Positions 9,744 through 21,726 of a stretch of DNA of 64,000 bases are shown here, one piece after another. A program made the translations under genes and the position numbers. Under the pieces are notes generated by a model. The model had not been told where the DNA came from and made no database searches. It saw nothing but the letters and a program-made list of their open reading frames with translations. Numbering within the stretch: the first letter of the stretch is position 1; the number at the start of each line of letters is the position of its first letter. This DNA is from Craspedostauros australis (Eukaryota), in NCBI GenBank assembly GCA_030167865.1, contig JALAGF010003286.1, positions 1 to 64,000 on the forward strand, written 5' to 3'.

Positions 9744-12512
9744 TTGCAATTGACGTTTCGGAACGGAACAATCAAAGTGCGGGAATCAGAACTTGCCTCA
9801 ACTCAACGACAAGTCCAGGTGCAGACACAAACGCAACCTCAAACCCAAACACATCAAGGCCAGGCTTCAGTGCAGACACAATCGTCATCGCAGCAGCAAC
9901 AGCAGCCGCAGCAGCAACAGCAACAGTTTCATGCTCGAGCGCAGACTCACGGGCAGCAGCAACCGCAAGCACCAGGCGCTGCTCCAGCGACTGATACAGC
10001 CGCGGGTTCATCCATCTCTGCTCCAGCGTCTGCGATTTCGCCTGCACAAGCATCTACATCTGCCTCCGCCCAGCTGATAGAATCCACGATACCCGCCATG
10101 TCCGGAGCTCACCAGGAGGGCCAGCAACCACAGCAACAGCCACAAGCGCAGGATGAGCAGAGAGCGGAAACGGCCGGGGCAGCTGCCGCTATTGCCAATG
10201 CCAAGCGAGAGCGGGAAGAGTCGCAGCCACAAGAACAGCCGCAGCAGGTTATGCAGGTTGGACAGCAACTGCATGGGCAGCAACTGCATGGGCAGCAACA
10301 CCAGCCTCAGCAGCAGCAGCAGGTACCCACTGGCCAGTCACAAGCAGCACCTGCGCAGGAACATGAACCTCCCGCACAAAGGCGAAAGCTCGATCACGGA
10401 GCTCCAAGCGGGCAGCAATCTCCACCAACGCAGCAGGCGCAGGCGCAGGGACCCGGAACGATACCACCAACACAGCAACAACAACAGCAGCACCACTCAG
10501 CCACCCAGCCTCAACCTCAAACGCGACCTCTTCACTACGTGCACCAACCTCAACAACAGCAACAGCAGCCAACGCAACCAACGCAACAGCCTCATTATCG
10601 ACTGCAACCTTTGACACAGCCACCAACACAAACACAACCGGGTCTGGCTCAACCCCAAGCACATGCACAAGCGCCAACTCAAACAGCGCAGAACCCTCCA
10701 CAGCAAGCAACCCAAGCACAATCACAACAACAGCAACAACAACCACAACCACAACAACCTGGGGTCCAGTACACGGCTCAATTCCCCTACGTCCAGCAGC
10801 AGTATCAACTGATGGCAGCCACGGGACAGAACGTGTCTTGGACTGCTCAGCCAGGACAGTACGGAGCGGCAACAATGCAGCAGCAACAACAACCGCAACA
10901 ACAACAACAAGGAACACAACCCCAACGCGCGGCTCTTCACCAACCAGCAGGCGATGCTCCAGCCCAGCAAGGGCAGCAGCAACAACAACAACAACAACAA
11001 CAACCTCACCACCTGCTGCAACCGAACCAACCCCAACACAGCACGGGGGCAACACCTGTCACGCCCTCCATGCAACCGCTCCAGGCCCAGCAAGGACAAT
11101 CAGGCGGAGCTCAGCCAGCCACCCTCAACCTTCCCCAGCAGATGCAGGGCCAGCAACAACCACAGACGCAGCACCAGCCACAAATCGCCCAACAGCAAAC
11201 GCAGCATTCGCATCAGCAAACGATGGTGCATGCACCAGCGCCACCAGCCACACAGACCATATCACCTGCGTCTCTTTCGCTCTCTGGTTCGCCCAGCATG
11301 CAGTCGCAACAGCCACAGCAGCTCCAACAACCCGCTGCTACCCAACAAGCCTTCGGACTGGCACCAGCTCATCCACAGACGCACCTCCAACCACATGGGC
11401 AGCTCCAACAGGTACAGCAGTCTCATATTCCACAAGCACAGGTACAGACACATGCGCAACAACAGCCATCACAAGCTCAAGTGCAACCGCAGGTACAAGC
11501 GCAAGCCCAACCACAGCATCAGCAGCAACCACAGCAACCAGCGCAGATGCATCAGCAGGCCTCCTACCTCCCCATGCAATCATACCTCTCAGCTCAGGCA
11601 ACTTCGCAAGCGCATGCTCAGCCGCAGATGCAAGGAGCCTTCTTTCCCAACTTCTCCCTCATGTTCCCACCCACAAGAGCGGGACACTCGCCGTACCTCA
11701 TGATGCCAACCAACCCGGTGCCTCGAAACCCAGGTGTCAGCCTTGCACTGAGCTGCGACGATGAAGCGCTCTCGGAGTATCAGATCCTTGTCCGGAAGCA
11801 GCTGGAGATCTTCGAGGCGCAGCAAGAGGACGTGGAATCCAACACGCAGGGCCGCAAGAAGCAGGTCGTGCTCGGTCAGGTCGGGATCCGATGTCGGCAC
11901 TGCGCCGGTTTCCCACTACGGCAACGCGGTCGTGGTGCAGTCTACTATCCCGCCAAGCTGCAGGGCGTCTACCAAGCTGCGCAGAACATGGCCAGCAGTC
12001 ATCTCTGCGAGTCCTGTCAGGTCATTCCACCGAGTTTGAAGAGCGAGCTGCGGGCGCTGAGAGAACGCCGCGACACGGCCAGCGGCGGCAAGCAGTACTG
12101 GGCGGACGGAGCACGAGCGATGGGAATGGAGGAGACGGAAGAACGCGGGCTGCGCTTGCGCAAAGCGGGCCAGCTTGGCAAGACCGCAGCGCCAAGCCAA
12201 CCGGCCGCGCCCCAGTACCATTCGTCGGTCGTACCAGTCGCCCAAGCTCATCCGGCGTTGGCCACTTCCACTGTAATCCAGGGACAGCAACAGGTCCAAG
12301 ACCGTCAGCAAGAACATCACCACGCGCAGCTGCAAATGGCCATCGCACAGTCTAACCAACCGACACAGCTACAAGCAGCTGCGCCACAGTATCAACAATC
12401 ATACCATCCTCATCACGCCCAGCAGCAACAACAACAACAGCAGCAGCAGCACCAACAGCAGCACCAACAGCAGCACCAACAGCAGTTACAGCAACATCAT
12501 CAAGCCGCTTCA

Positions 12513-12544
<32 letters not shown>

Positions 12545-12641
12545 GTTGCAGCCACAGCAGGGCCTCCTCCCTCCCATCCCGCATCATCAGCAAGCACAGC
12601 TTAAAAAAGAACACCCTTCGCCAAAGGACAAGGGGTCGTGA
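9744..12641 (+). CDS. Very Gln-rich protein with one globular Cys/His domain (QVGIRCRHC motif); putative transcriptional regulator; true start uncertain
   Basis: 965-codon ORF made mostly of polyQ/P/H, flanking a domain of about 140 aa (LALSCDDEALSEYQILVRKQLEIF...GQVGIRCRHC...AVYYP...QNMASSHLCESC...KQYWADGARAMG). First in-frame ATG is 10098, but Q-rich coding-like sequence extends upstream, so an upstream exon is possible. Confidence 0.8.
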
Positions 12642-13902
12642 TGGTGTGATGGTATGAGGGCATGATACAGTTAACTGTCACAGGAGCCTCTCTGGACTTG
12701 AAAGTTTGCGCCGTCCAATGTCCATCAAGACAAGAGATATTCTTCCAGCGCACTCCTCTGACCGACTCATCTTGCGGTCTTGCCCGTCAGACGGTACCAT
12801 AGACAAGTGCGAGCTCATGGTCGCGTCTTTGCACACCAATCCTTCCACATCAAACCACCCCTGCCCACACTGCGCGGCAACACCCTTATGGAAGAGGAGA
12901 AATGATTGGTCACACATCATCACAACTCATCATCCAAATGAGTGGAAGGCATGCATTGACGAACACACAGGTACAGAAGCACACGCGCGCAAACCAACCA
13001 TGACGTGATCGTCCCCGAACAGCAGCACCACGAACAATGACAATCATTACAACGCAGCACAGCGCATCCATTCGGAGACCGATCATGACCACCGCCGCCA
13101 CCGCATGCAAACAAGCAAATCTAACAATCCATCCCATCCCAATCCATCGAACACAAGTCACGGACACAACTTTATTGCACGTGCACAAGAAAGTACTCGC
13201 AAGCAATGCTTTGGTCGAACGGACCACCATTGCTTCCGATGCTTTGATGCATGCGGGGCACAACCAACGACATGCCAACAACCAAGAGTCCATCCCTCAA
13301 AGCCGTCATCAAGCGAAACACCACACTAGCACAATACAACGCACACAAGGACACCAAACAAGGAAGAGGGGTAACATGAAAGCATCGCTATCCATGGATC
13401 ACAGCACACAGTCGCATCATACGGGTGAAAGCACCATAGATATCGTTTTGGCTTTGGCAGTCTCTTTCATTTGTACATGTACTTTGTGGACGCTGGTTTG
13501 CACTGTGTCGTGACTATGTGGGTATTACTGCGCAGATTTTGTAGTGTTTGGAGATGTATCTTGACACGAATGCGTAGCGTGTTTGTGAGGCGACGTCTGT
13601 CATTTGTACGTACGGAAACAAACAACAGAATCCAAAAACTGTTCTCGACAAATCGTTGGCAAGCGAAACAACCAAAACAACACGCCTGCAAATCCACGCT
13701 CCAGCACAAATCGGAGAGAGCACTCACTCTGCACACTCCACATCGACGTTGCTTCCACAGCATCACTGAATCATTGCGCTATTGCGTCCATCGCATGGAT
13801 CATCTGTGATATAATACCAGACTTGCTAGTAGAATCAAGAGTACCGGTATTGGTACAAGCAAAAGTACAAGGAGAAAACATACGCATCCTGCCAACAGCA
13901 CC

Positions 13903-14586
13903 ATGCCAACTGCACTGGAACTCGTCGACGCCGCCATTGCGGAATCGGAAGGCCGCCTCGGTCTCGCTCCTGGTGCCCCGATCGGCGCAAGCAAGAAGCA
14001 GAACAACAACAAGAAACAGCCAAAGAAGCAGCAGCAGCAACCCAAGAAGCAAGCTGCCACAAAGAACGAGAATCAGCCGGACATCTGCAAGCTGGAATTC
14101 AAGGTCGGCGTCATCACGAAGGTTTGGGATCATCCCAACGCCGACAAGCTGTACTGCGAGGAGATCAATGTGGGAGAGGATGCACCGCGTCAGATCGCTT
14201 CGGGATTGCGTCCGCACTTCACGTTGGAGCAGATGATGGGACAGCGGCTGCTCGTGGTCAGCAATCTCAAGGCCAAGAACCTCGTCAAGTTCAAGTCGCA
14301 CGGTATGGTGCTGTGCGCCGCGGCCACCGTGGAGGGTGACAAGGAGATTGTGGAGTTTGTGGAGCCGCCGGAAGGCGCGGAGATTGGGGAGGTCGTCACC
14401 TTTGAAGGATTGCCCAAGCCGGAGCCATGGAGCGGAGCGCAGGTGGAGAAGAAGAAGGTCTTCCAGGCGTGCATGGCTGGGATGAAGACGACGGAGGAAG
14501 GATTGGCGGCATGGAATGGCCACGTCTTCACGACATCTGCGGGTCCATGCAAGGCCAAGACCATCAAGAATGGTGCCATGCGTTAA
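13903..14586 (+). CDS. tRNA-binding OB-fold protein (EMAP-II/Arc1p/AIMP1 C-terminal-like), 227 aa
   Basis: KLEFKVGVITKVWDHPNADKLYCEEINVGEDAPRQIASGL...VVSNLKAKNLVKFKSHGMVLCA...VEFVEPPEGAEIGEVV, preceded by a Lys/Gln-rich linker. Confidence 0.92.
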   Translation: MPTALELVDAAIAESEGRLGLAPGAPIGASKKQNNNKKQPKKQQQQPKKQAATKNENQPDICKLEFKVGVITKVWDHPNADKLYCEEINVGEDAPRQIASGLRPHFTLEQMMGQRLLVVSNLKAKNLVKFKSHGMVLCAAATVEGDKEIVEFVEPPEGAEIGEVVTFEGLPKPEPWSGAQVEKKKVFQACMAGMKTTEEGLAAWNGHVFTTSAGPCKAKTIKNGAMR

Positions 14587-14752
14587 TCATGTTCTCAACC
14601 AATACATACGTACGATAACTGGCAACTGTGGCGCGAAGAGTAGTGATCCTTCTGACTTCAATTGTTGCATTACCTGGAATTATCTTCAGAAAATCCATGC
14701 TATACCACAGAGTACTAATATTGGCGCAAAATACTCTGCTGCCTCACTCCGA

Positions 14753-17368
14753 TCACACGACATGCGATTGCAGCTCCTTCAGAAGATTGTCAAAGAGATC
14801 CATGGGCGGCGGCGTGTCGTGCGATGGCAGTTCACTTGGTAGAGATGGCGCAGCGTCACCTTCCATGGGCAATTGCCGGAACTCGCCCATGATCAGGTAA
14901 TCGATGTGACGGCAGGTCGTCTCCAAGCTGGAATATCTCATGGATTTGGGACTGCGTACTGCAAATCGTTGCTGTTGCTCTTTGTTCTGAACGTGCGTGA
15001 CGATCTTCATCGCGGTGGACAACAGGCGGTTAGCACTCTCCCATGCGCTGGTGCTCATGACTTCAATATCCAACGCCAACGCATCCTTTGGTGTTTTCTT
15101 TTTGGATTTGTCTGATTTTGGCTCTCCATTCGCAGGTTGCTGCTTCGACGGAATGCGCGTGCGGACTTGGGCTGTCGTCACACCCGCAGCCCCCGTTGTC
15201 GCCAAGGGAACCTTGACGCCGCTCTGATTATTGTTGACGGCCACAAGCTGCTTCGCTGGCATGATAGCTTGGATATGCCGGCATTGCTCCCGGAATGTCA
15301 CCACTTCGATACCCCAGATCATGATCTCGCGTTCCACTCCCATATCGGAATGTTGGCGATCGCATGGATCAACCTCGGCTTGGCCGTTGCCAACACCCTG
15401 CATTCCTCCATCGATCAGCGGATTCACAGCCAGATGCAATCTTCGATTGTTCCTCGCAAGCGTCTCTTCGGACACGATCAGTTCCGCGTGCGCCATGATC
15501 GAGTTTTCCTCCTGAATCTGCTGCACGCGCTCCCGCAGCGCCGTGATCCATCGTTGCTGACTGCGCCGGTTGGGTGCGCGGAACACATTCGACGCTGACG
15601 CGTGACGGCTCAGGCATTCCAATTCGAAGGAGTGCGGGATGCGGTGCAGCGGCGCGTTGGATCCATACACGAACGTGGCGCCGTTCTTCTTTGGTGGCTG
15701 CGGTTCCAGCAGCATGGCCTGGTCCAGCGGGATCTTTCCGTGATGTTTGGCAACGCGGAGGAGTGGCACGGTACCAATGAGATCCTGATCCTCGTAGTGG
15801 TTCGTTGTCCGCGTCACGAACCAAAAGTGCTCCTCCGTCAGCACGCAGTACACTCGTCTCCACACATGGGGATCGCTGTGGGACTGGTGCAGCAGATACC
15901 CCGAAAGACACGACCCTATGCCAGAAGAAGCCCACGCATTGAATGTCGACGGTGGGTGGTACGATCGACCATTAGCCAAGGCGTTGCTGGGCAAAGTATC
16001 AATGGCAATATCATACGGATTCGCCACAGGCGGCCATTCATGCAGCTGCTGGCGGTGCATTGTGCCGTCATCGCCATCATCGGCCCCCACCTGGCCAGCA
16101 GCCCGGCTTTGCGATAGCTGGATGTACTTGCGAAGCTGACGCTTGCGCTGCCTACGTTTTCGTTTGAAGCCACGACCGCGTAAACTTGGCGACTGTCGCG
16201 GTTGTTGGTGTTGTGCTCGCTGTGTGTGGCTTGCGTTGTTTCCGCATTCCAGCGAAAGTTTCGATAGCAACGACCCCAATCCATACGCCGTCGTTGATGC
16301 AGGATCTTTGTTTGTGCCGTTGATATCAGGTGGATCACCTCCCTTCTGTTTAATACCCGAATCATCGTCATCATCATCATCATCATCATCGTCATCAAGC
16401 AACGAAATCGAGGTCGCAATCGAGGTCGAAATGGAGAGAGGTTGATTGTGCGCCGTGGCTTCATCGCAGTCCGAATCGTCATGATCATCGTCATGATCAT
16501 CATCAAATTCCACATCATCCGATTCATCGGAGTTGTAGTCCTCATCTTCCAACGACGTGCAGTAGCCATCCAGATCGATGCAGCTCGGAATGGGACTCGT
16601 CGGCGGAGTGGATTGATGCCCCGGCACGTAATACCACTGAAGCTTAGGCGCGATGACAGGGCGGCTTGCGGTTCGAATTGGATGCGTCGCAAGCTGGCTG
16701 TGTCGCAATGCGGCAGCTTCTATATCCGCCTGCAGCTGGTTGAGATGCAGCATCATGGCGTCACGCACGCGCAAGGGATTGTCGAGCGGTTGCAAGGTCT
16801 TGATGACATGGAATGGTTCGGGAACGTACGCCGGTGCCATCGCGACGCCGTGGGTCATGGAGCTCTCATGTTCGAATTGAACGAAATCTCGTGGGATGGA
16901 GTACAAGGTCCCCACCAAGACCAGCGAATCACCGTCCTTGGTCTGATTCGCGGTCGCTGAAAAGGCGGAGAGGTTCAACGTCTTGCGCAGCAGACGGGTG
17001 ACGTCCTGCGCCTTGGCCGTGCGCGCGGATATGCGAATGGCAGCAGAGCTGGTGATGAGTTCGCGTCGTCCCTGCGATAGCTCGTGCGTTGCGGAGCTCG
17101 TTGATTTGAGCCATTGTTGCCAGTACACGCGGTGAGACTCTCCGTTTGCCTTTGCCTTTATCTTCCCCGTGTTGTTGCTGCTGTTGCTGTTGCTGCTGCT
17201 ATTGTTGTTTGCGGTGGTGTGACTGTTTGGGCCAGCACGAAGCGGAGCATGGCGGCCGGGCTGCTGTCCATGCGTGGGTGACTGCGAGAGTGACTGTGGG
17301 AGAGACTGCGGTGAAGTGGCAGACGCGGACCCGTGCGATGCTGCCGAGGGTGATGCTGACATTGCCAT
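14753..17368 (-). CDS. PH-domain protein with a possible N-terminal Ras-association-like domain and an acidic tract, 871 aa
   Basis: PH signature SGYLLHQSHSDPHVWRRVYCVLTEEHFWFV...HSFELEC...VFRAPNRRSQQRWITALRERV. N-terminal AIRISARTAKAQDVTRLLRKTLNL resembles RA/ubiquitin-fold domains. Poly-Asp tract present. Confidence 0.78.
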   Translation of the reverse strand: MAMSASPSAASHGSASATSPQSLPQSLSQSPTHGQQPGRHAPLRAGPNSHTTANNNSSSNSNSSNNTGKIKAKANGESHRVYWQQWLKSTSSATHELSQGRRELITSSAAIRISARTAKAQDVTRLLRKTLNLSAFSATANQTKDGDSLVLVGTLYSIPRDFVQFEHESSMTHGVAMAPAYVPEPFHVIKTLQPLDNPLRVRDAMMLHLNQLQADIEAAALRHSQLATHPIRTASRPVIAPKLQWYYVPGHQSTPPTSPIPSCIDLDGYCTSLEDEDYNSDESDDVEFDDDHDDDHDDSDCDEATAHNQPLSISTSIATSISLLDDDDDDDDDDDDSGIKQKGGDPPDINGTNKDPASTTAYGLGSLLSKLSLECGNNASHTQRAQHQQPRQSPSLRGRGFKRKRRQRKRQLRKYIQLSQSRAAGQVGADDGDDGTMHRQQLHEWPPVANPYDIAIDTLPSNALANGRSYHPPSTFNAWASSGIGSCLSGYLLHQSHSDPHVWRRVYCVLTEEHFWFVTRTTNHYEDQDLIGTVPLLRVAKHHGKIPLDQAMLLEPQPPKKNGATFVYGSNAPLHRIPHSFELECLSRHASASNVFRAPNRRSQQRWITALRERVQQIQEENSIMAHAELIVSEETLARNNRRLHLAVNPLIDGGMQGVGNGQAEVDPCDRQHSDMGVEREIMIWGIEVVTFREQCRHIQAIMPAKQLVAVNNNQSGVKVPLATTGAAGVTTAQVRTRIPSKQQPANGEPKSDKSKKKTPKDALALDIEVMSTSAWESANRLLSTAMKIVTHVQNKEQQQRFAVRSPKSMRYSSLETTCRHIDYLIMGEFRQLPMEGDAAPSLPSELPSHDTPPPMDLFDNLLKELQSHVV

Positions 17369-18204
17369 CCTCCGCGTTGCTGATCGCAGCTGAATGCAAT
17401 GCCCTGCGATCCAGTCCAGCCCAATCTAATCCAAGGTCACAGGACGGAACAAAACACGAGCACTCTCTATCGTTGCAGAACCCTTCCGCGTTCGCTCAGC
17501 AGCAAAGAAAGCTGGCGAATCTGCCTCCAAGGACCCAACCGCAGCGCTCGCTCACTGGGCAATGGGGCAACCAACCGGCTTGACAAGCAAGCGAGAACGT
17601 TGATCGGGTTGCGAGGATTGCGAGTGCAGTGGAAAAGGGAAGCGCAGCAAGTATAGTATGCAACGGCAAGCGCGAAAGGCGGCAGCGTTTCTGTTCGTGC
17701 GAATGCCCAACTCAATCGAGATGGTGGAGATGTCGAAGGCGTCCGTTACAGTACTCAACAACATGGTGTTGTGGCCGGGTTGTGATTGTTTTCCACCGAA
17801 GCGTTCCCTTTTCTCTCTCTTTCGCGGACAACACTCACACGAAGACACGTCCACCATGCTACTCTATCTAGACTAGATGAAATGTACGCAACACAAGGTC
17901 GATTTGACTGAAGATACCTTTCCATCCGAATTGTCTGTCCATCACCCGTGATCACCACACCACATTCACTCGTTTGTTTCCACGCAACAGAATGCACGAG
18001 AAATCAATCTCCATCCGCCAAACAACGGCACCATACGACTACTCGCAACGACAACATTCGGCAATGGCGCGCAGCAGCATCGGCATCCACCACTCCATTG
18101 GACAGCAGAGCAGGCAAGACGCAACATTCTTGAGAGAGCACTTGCGTTGTACTCAGACAAGCCAGGGACGCACACCCAGACAGAGAGAGACAGCGATCAC
18201 CACC

Positions 18205-19431
18205 ATGTCAGCCACAGCAGCAACAACAACACCTGCACCAGCTGCTGCGCCAGAGCAACCCCAGAATGACCCATCATTGATAGCGCAGCCGCTGACGTTG
18301 GGGAAGGTGCAGCAGATGCTGGAGGCATGCGTGACAGCCAACGAGGACGTTATTCAGCAGCTGGTGCTTCAGGATCACAAGCTCTACGCCTGCCAGCAGC
18401 TTCCGAGCACCGGGGCATCGCCGTTGATGGTGGCTGCGCAGCACGGCCACGTCAAGCTGTGCCACTGGCTGCTGGATCAGGGAGCGCCATGGAACGCGGT
18501 GGACCGCCATGGCCAGTGCGCCGGGAATTACGCCACGGATGCGGAGCACTGGGAGATCGTCAACATGATCGTGGAATGGGGCACGCGGTCCGAGCTCATC
18601 CTGGGCGCGCTGCAACGACAATCGCAGCAGCACATCAGCCAGCCGACACCTCAGGGTCCGACGAACCAGGAGCCGTCCACCAAGCCCGATTACCTCTCAA
18701 GGCACAAGCTCACTTACACCGAAGACGGACAGGCCTTGTTGGACAGCGACGCGGACGCCGTCATGATGGAATGGGAACGCCCCATCATGAAGGTGCATGC
18801 GCAGATCCTCACCAACGAACAGCCGGGCAAGCGCGTTATGAACATCGGCTTCGGCATGGGCATCATTGATGCCTTCTTGCAGGAGTACGCGCCATCGCAG
18901 CACATCATCGTGGAGGCCCATCCCGATGTCTATCAGAAGATGCTGCGCGACGGTTGGGACAAGACACCGAACGTGGAAGTCTGCTTTGGAACATGGCAGA
19001 TGGTGCTGCCGCAGTTGATCGCAAAGAATGTCACTGTCGATGCCATATTCTTTGATACATACGGCGAGCACGCGTGCGATATGGAAGACTTTCACATGGA
19101 CTGCGTGCCTCAGCTGCTGGCGAAGCCGCATGGGATCTATTCCTTCTTCAATGGGTTGGCGCCCGACAACCTGTTCTTTCAGGGAATTGCATGCAACGTG
19201 GTCAAGCTGCGGTTGGAGAAGATCGGGCTGGAGACGGAATACCTCAATTGTCAGATACAGGTTCCAGATAGCAAGGTTTGGGAAGGAGTGCGACGGCCCT
19301 ACTGGCATAACCGCGACACGTACTACCTGCCGAGGATAACTTGGAATCAGGAGTTCCTGGGTCGCAAATCAAGAGCGGAGGATGACGGCATGGAAGTGGA
19401 TTCCAATCAGACCAAGAGGAGGAAGGTGTGA
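18205..19431 (+). CDS. RMT2: Protein arginine N-methyltransferase 2 (ankyrin repeat + GAMT-like SAM methyltransferase)
   Basis: Ankyrin SPLMVAAQHGHVKLCHWLLDQGAPWNAVD. RMT2 motifs AVMMEWERPIM, VMNIGFGMGIID, HIIVEAHPDV, DAIFFDTYGE, GIYSFFNGL and RRPYW. Likely ATG is 18205. Confidence 0.92.
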   Translation: MSATAATTTPAPAAAPEQPQNDPSLIAQPLTLGKVQQMLEACVTANEDVIQQLVLQDHKLYACQQLPSTGASPLMVAAQHGHVKLCHWLLDQGAPWNAVDRHGQCAGNYATDAEHWEIVNMIVEWGTRSELILGALQRQSQQHISQPTPQGPTNQEPSTKPDYLSRHKLTYTEDGQALLDSDADAVMMEWERPIMKVHAQILTNEQPGKRVMNIGFGMGIIDAFLQEYAPSQHIIVEAHPDVYQKMLRDGWDKTPNVEVCFGTWQMVLPQLIAKNVTVDAIFFDTYGEHACDMEDFHMDCVPQLLAKPHGIYSFFNGLAPDNLFFQGIACNVVKLRLEKIGLETEYLNCQIQVPDSKVWEGVRRPYWHNRDTYYLPRITWNQEFLGRKSRAEDDGMEVDSNQTKRRKV

Positions 19432-19530
19432 TGAATGACTCCAGGCTTCTTTACAACTCAAACTAGGGTGGAATTCTCGACTAGGTTTTTACCTCGATCC
19501 AATTCAATGTCATGCAAGGATGCTTGTTCG

Positions 19531-21726
19531 TCACAGCTGCTCTGCCGTGCTCGCATCTGCCAGGGTCTCAGCAACTGATCCTGACATGCTGTTGCTGATC
19601 CATTGTGCGCATATCTGAGACTCTGCAACCTCCGTTCTCAATCCTTCCAGTTCCATCTTCATGTTCTTCATTTCCTTCAACAGCATGTACTGTATTGCTA
19701 ACATCGCACCAAAGCCAACGATGATGATGATGCCCATCACGATGAAACCTGCAGATCCGGGCATCTTCTGCGCATTGGTGCCCATCTCGGCTGCTTGCTG
19801 CTGTTGCTGCGATTGAATAACATGCAGTGAGTTGCGTCGATGGTGCGACGGCTCTGACATGCGGTCATCGCCCAAACATCGCGCGCAGAATTCGGAGTAC
19901 TCCTTCATGAACTTCTCAAACTCACTGCGGGTGGTGCGTGCGATGATGGACTTGAACATCGTGGATTTCACAAACCGGATGTCGTACTCCATGGTGACGA
20001 GGACGGCACTGGTCTTGCCTGGCGCTGGCTGCACGCGAATTCGATCCGCAACATAAAAGCAGTCCGTCAAGGGGACATCGGCGACGAACGTCTTGGTTTC
20101 CAGCAACAAACCGTACGTGCCAACCTTGCGATACACCTGCTCCTTGCGAGCCCGCGCCATGGGTGGTGCCATCGGAGCGTTGACAGGATGCGTGTACTCA
20201 ATGGTGCGGCTTTGGTTGTGCCCGTTTGCAGCCTCGTCCTCCATCACAACCCAATCGGATTGCTGTATTCCATCGTCTCCCTTTTCTTCCATGTAGCTTG
20301 CGATGGAGTGTGGCGCTGAGTCTTCTATGAACATCTTGGCAAACGTGTTCATGTCACATTTGATCGTGAAGTCCTGCACCAAGGGAGTGGAATGCGAAAT
20401 GTGGGGACGACGACGATGAATGTGGCAACGGAGGTGGCAAATGAAGCAACGTAATTTGATAACAGAAGATGGCACGTGAGACGTTCTTGTTGTGGAGCGT
20501 TCATACGAGCACTCCATCGCAGACTTTGCACAATCTGAAGCTAATGTACGTGGTTGCGCCTTTGTGTCTTCGTGCATTCACGCACCGACGGGCTCCCGTA
20601 TTGGTACGTACCTTGACGGCCGTCTCGCTGTATTCTGTTTCGTTCTGCGTGAGCGAATTCCACAGCTGCTGCATGTCCGCTATTCCTCCCTTGCTCATTG
20701 TACCGCCTTGTGCAGGATTCGATCCGGATTTTGACGACGATGACGAAGCCAATGAAGATGGCTGTGATTGCATGCCCGGCACTCCACCATAATTGATGGC
20801 CGTGCCATCCGAGCCAGTTCCTGTCCTGCTGCCAATGCCTTGATTTTGATGCGATGCATTTGTGTTTACGTCGGATGGCGACATTGCGATTGCCAAATGA
20901 GACAGATGCGATGGATCTGAGTTCATCCGCCTGATCTGACGAAAACCATTCGTGGGACTCCGAACACCCGCATGCGCTTTGTGGGCATCGAATGGGTGAT
21001 CTGTGAGGGCGTCATTTTGCAAAGTCACCAGCGACTTCCACACCCGATTGATGTTGTGATTGATTCCAAACTCGTAAACTTTTTGCGTGTTATCCTCGCG
21101 ACGTGCCATGATGGAAACACCAACGTTGCTCTTCTCGACCTGCAGAACGTCAACCCACCGGATGACCACTTTCCATTCAAAGAAGAAGATTCTGCCGAGG
21201 AAGTAGAGCGCCAGCGGTCCGGCAAACAGTGTCCCCGTGAAGTTGTTGTGGACGCATCCATGCTATTGACGGCATGGTCATAGTATAGAATAGTTGTGAT
21301 CAATGGTACGGAGCAAAAGTGGCATGCGAGGTATAGCAGAGAGCGAGAATGGGAGGGAGAGAGGGAGACATGCGGGGAATGAGCAAGATCAAGATCGAGA
21401 GGTGAGTGGGAGCACAATGAAGACGCACCCAACCATCGTGGCAGCGTGAGTAGCATGATCATGGACGCGCTTACCTCTTCCTCGATGTACCCGATCACGC
21501 TCTCAATCTCGGCAATCTCCGTCTCCTTCGGCAGATCATTGTTGCTCCCGAACATGCTGCTCTGCGTCTTGATGGTCAACTTGGCTTGATTGCGTGGCGG
21601 CTCCATCGGCGGCGAGGCTTCCTTCTGCTTTGTGCTGATATTGCTGCTGCTGCTGCCCCTTGTGTCCGTCCCTGCGCTGATGGACGACTTCGCAGGCTTG
21701 AAGATCCCGTCCAAAACATCGTTCAT
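19531..21726 (-). CDS. Second GRAM + VASt + TM protein, 3 exons
   Basis: Exons 21726-21475, 21262-20612 and 20373-19531, with GT-AG introns. Splicing gives GYIEEE|HGCVHNNFTGTLFAGPLALYFLGRIFFFEWKVVIRWVDV (GRAM) and SETAVK|DFTIKCDMNTFAKMFIED...RTIEYTHPVNAPMAPP...VADVPLTDCFYVADRI (VASt). TM: FIVMGIIIIVGFGAMLAIQYML. Confidence 0.87.
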
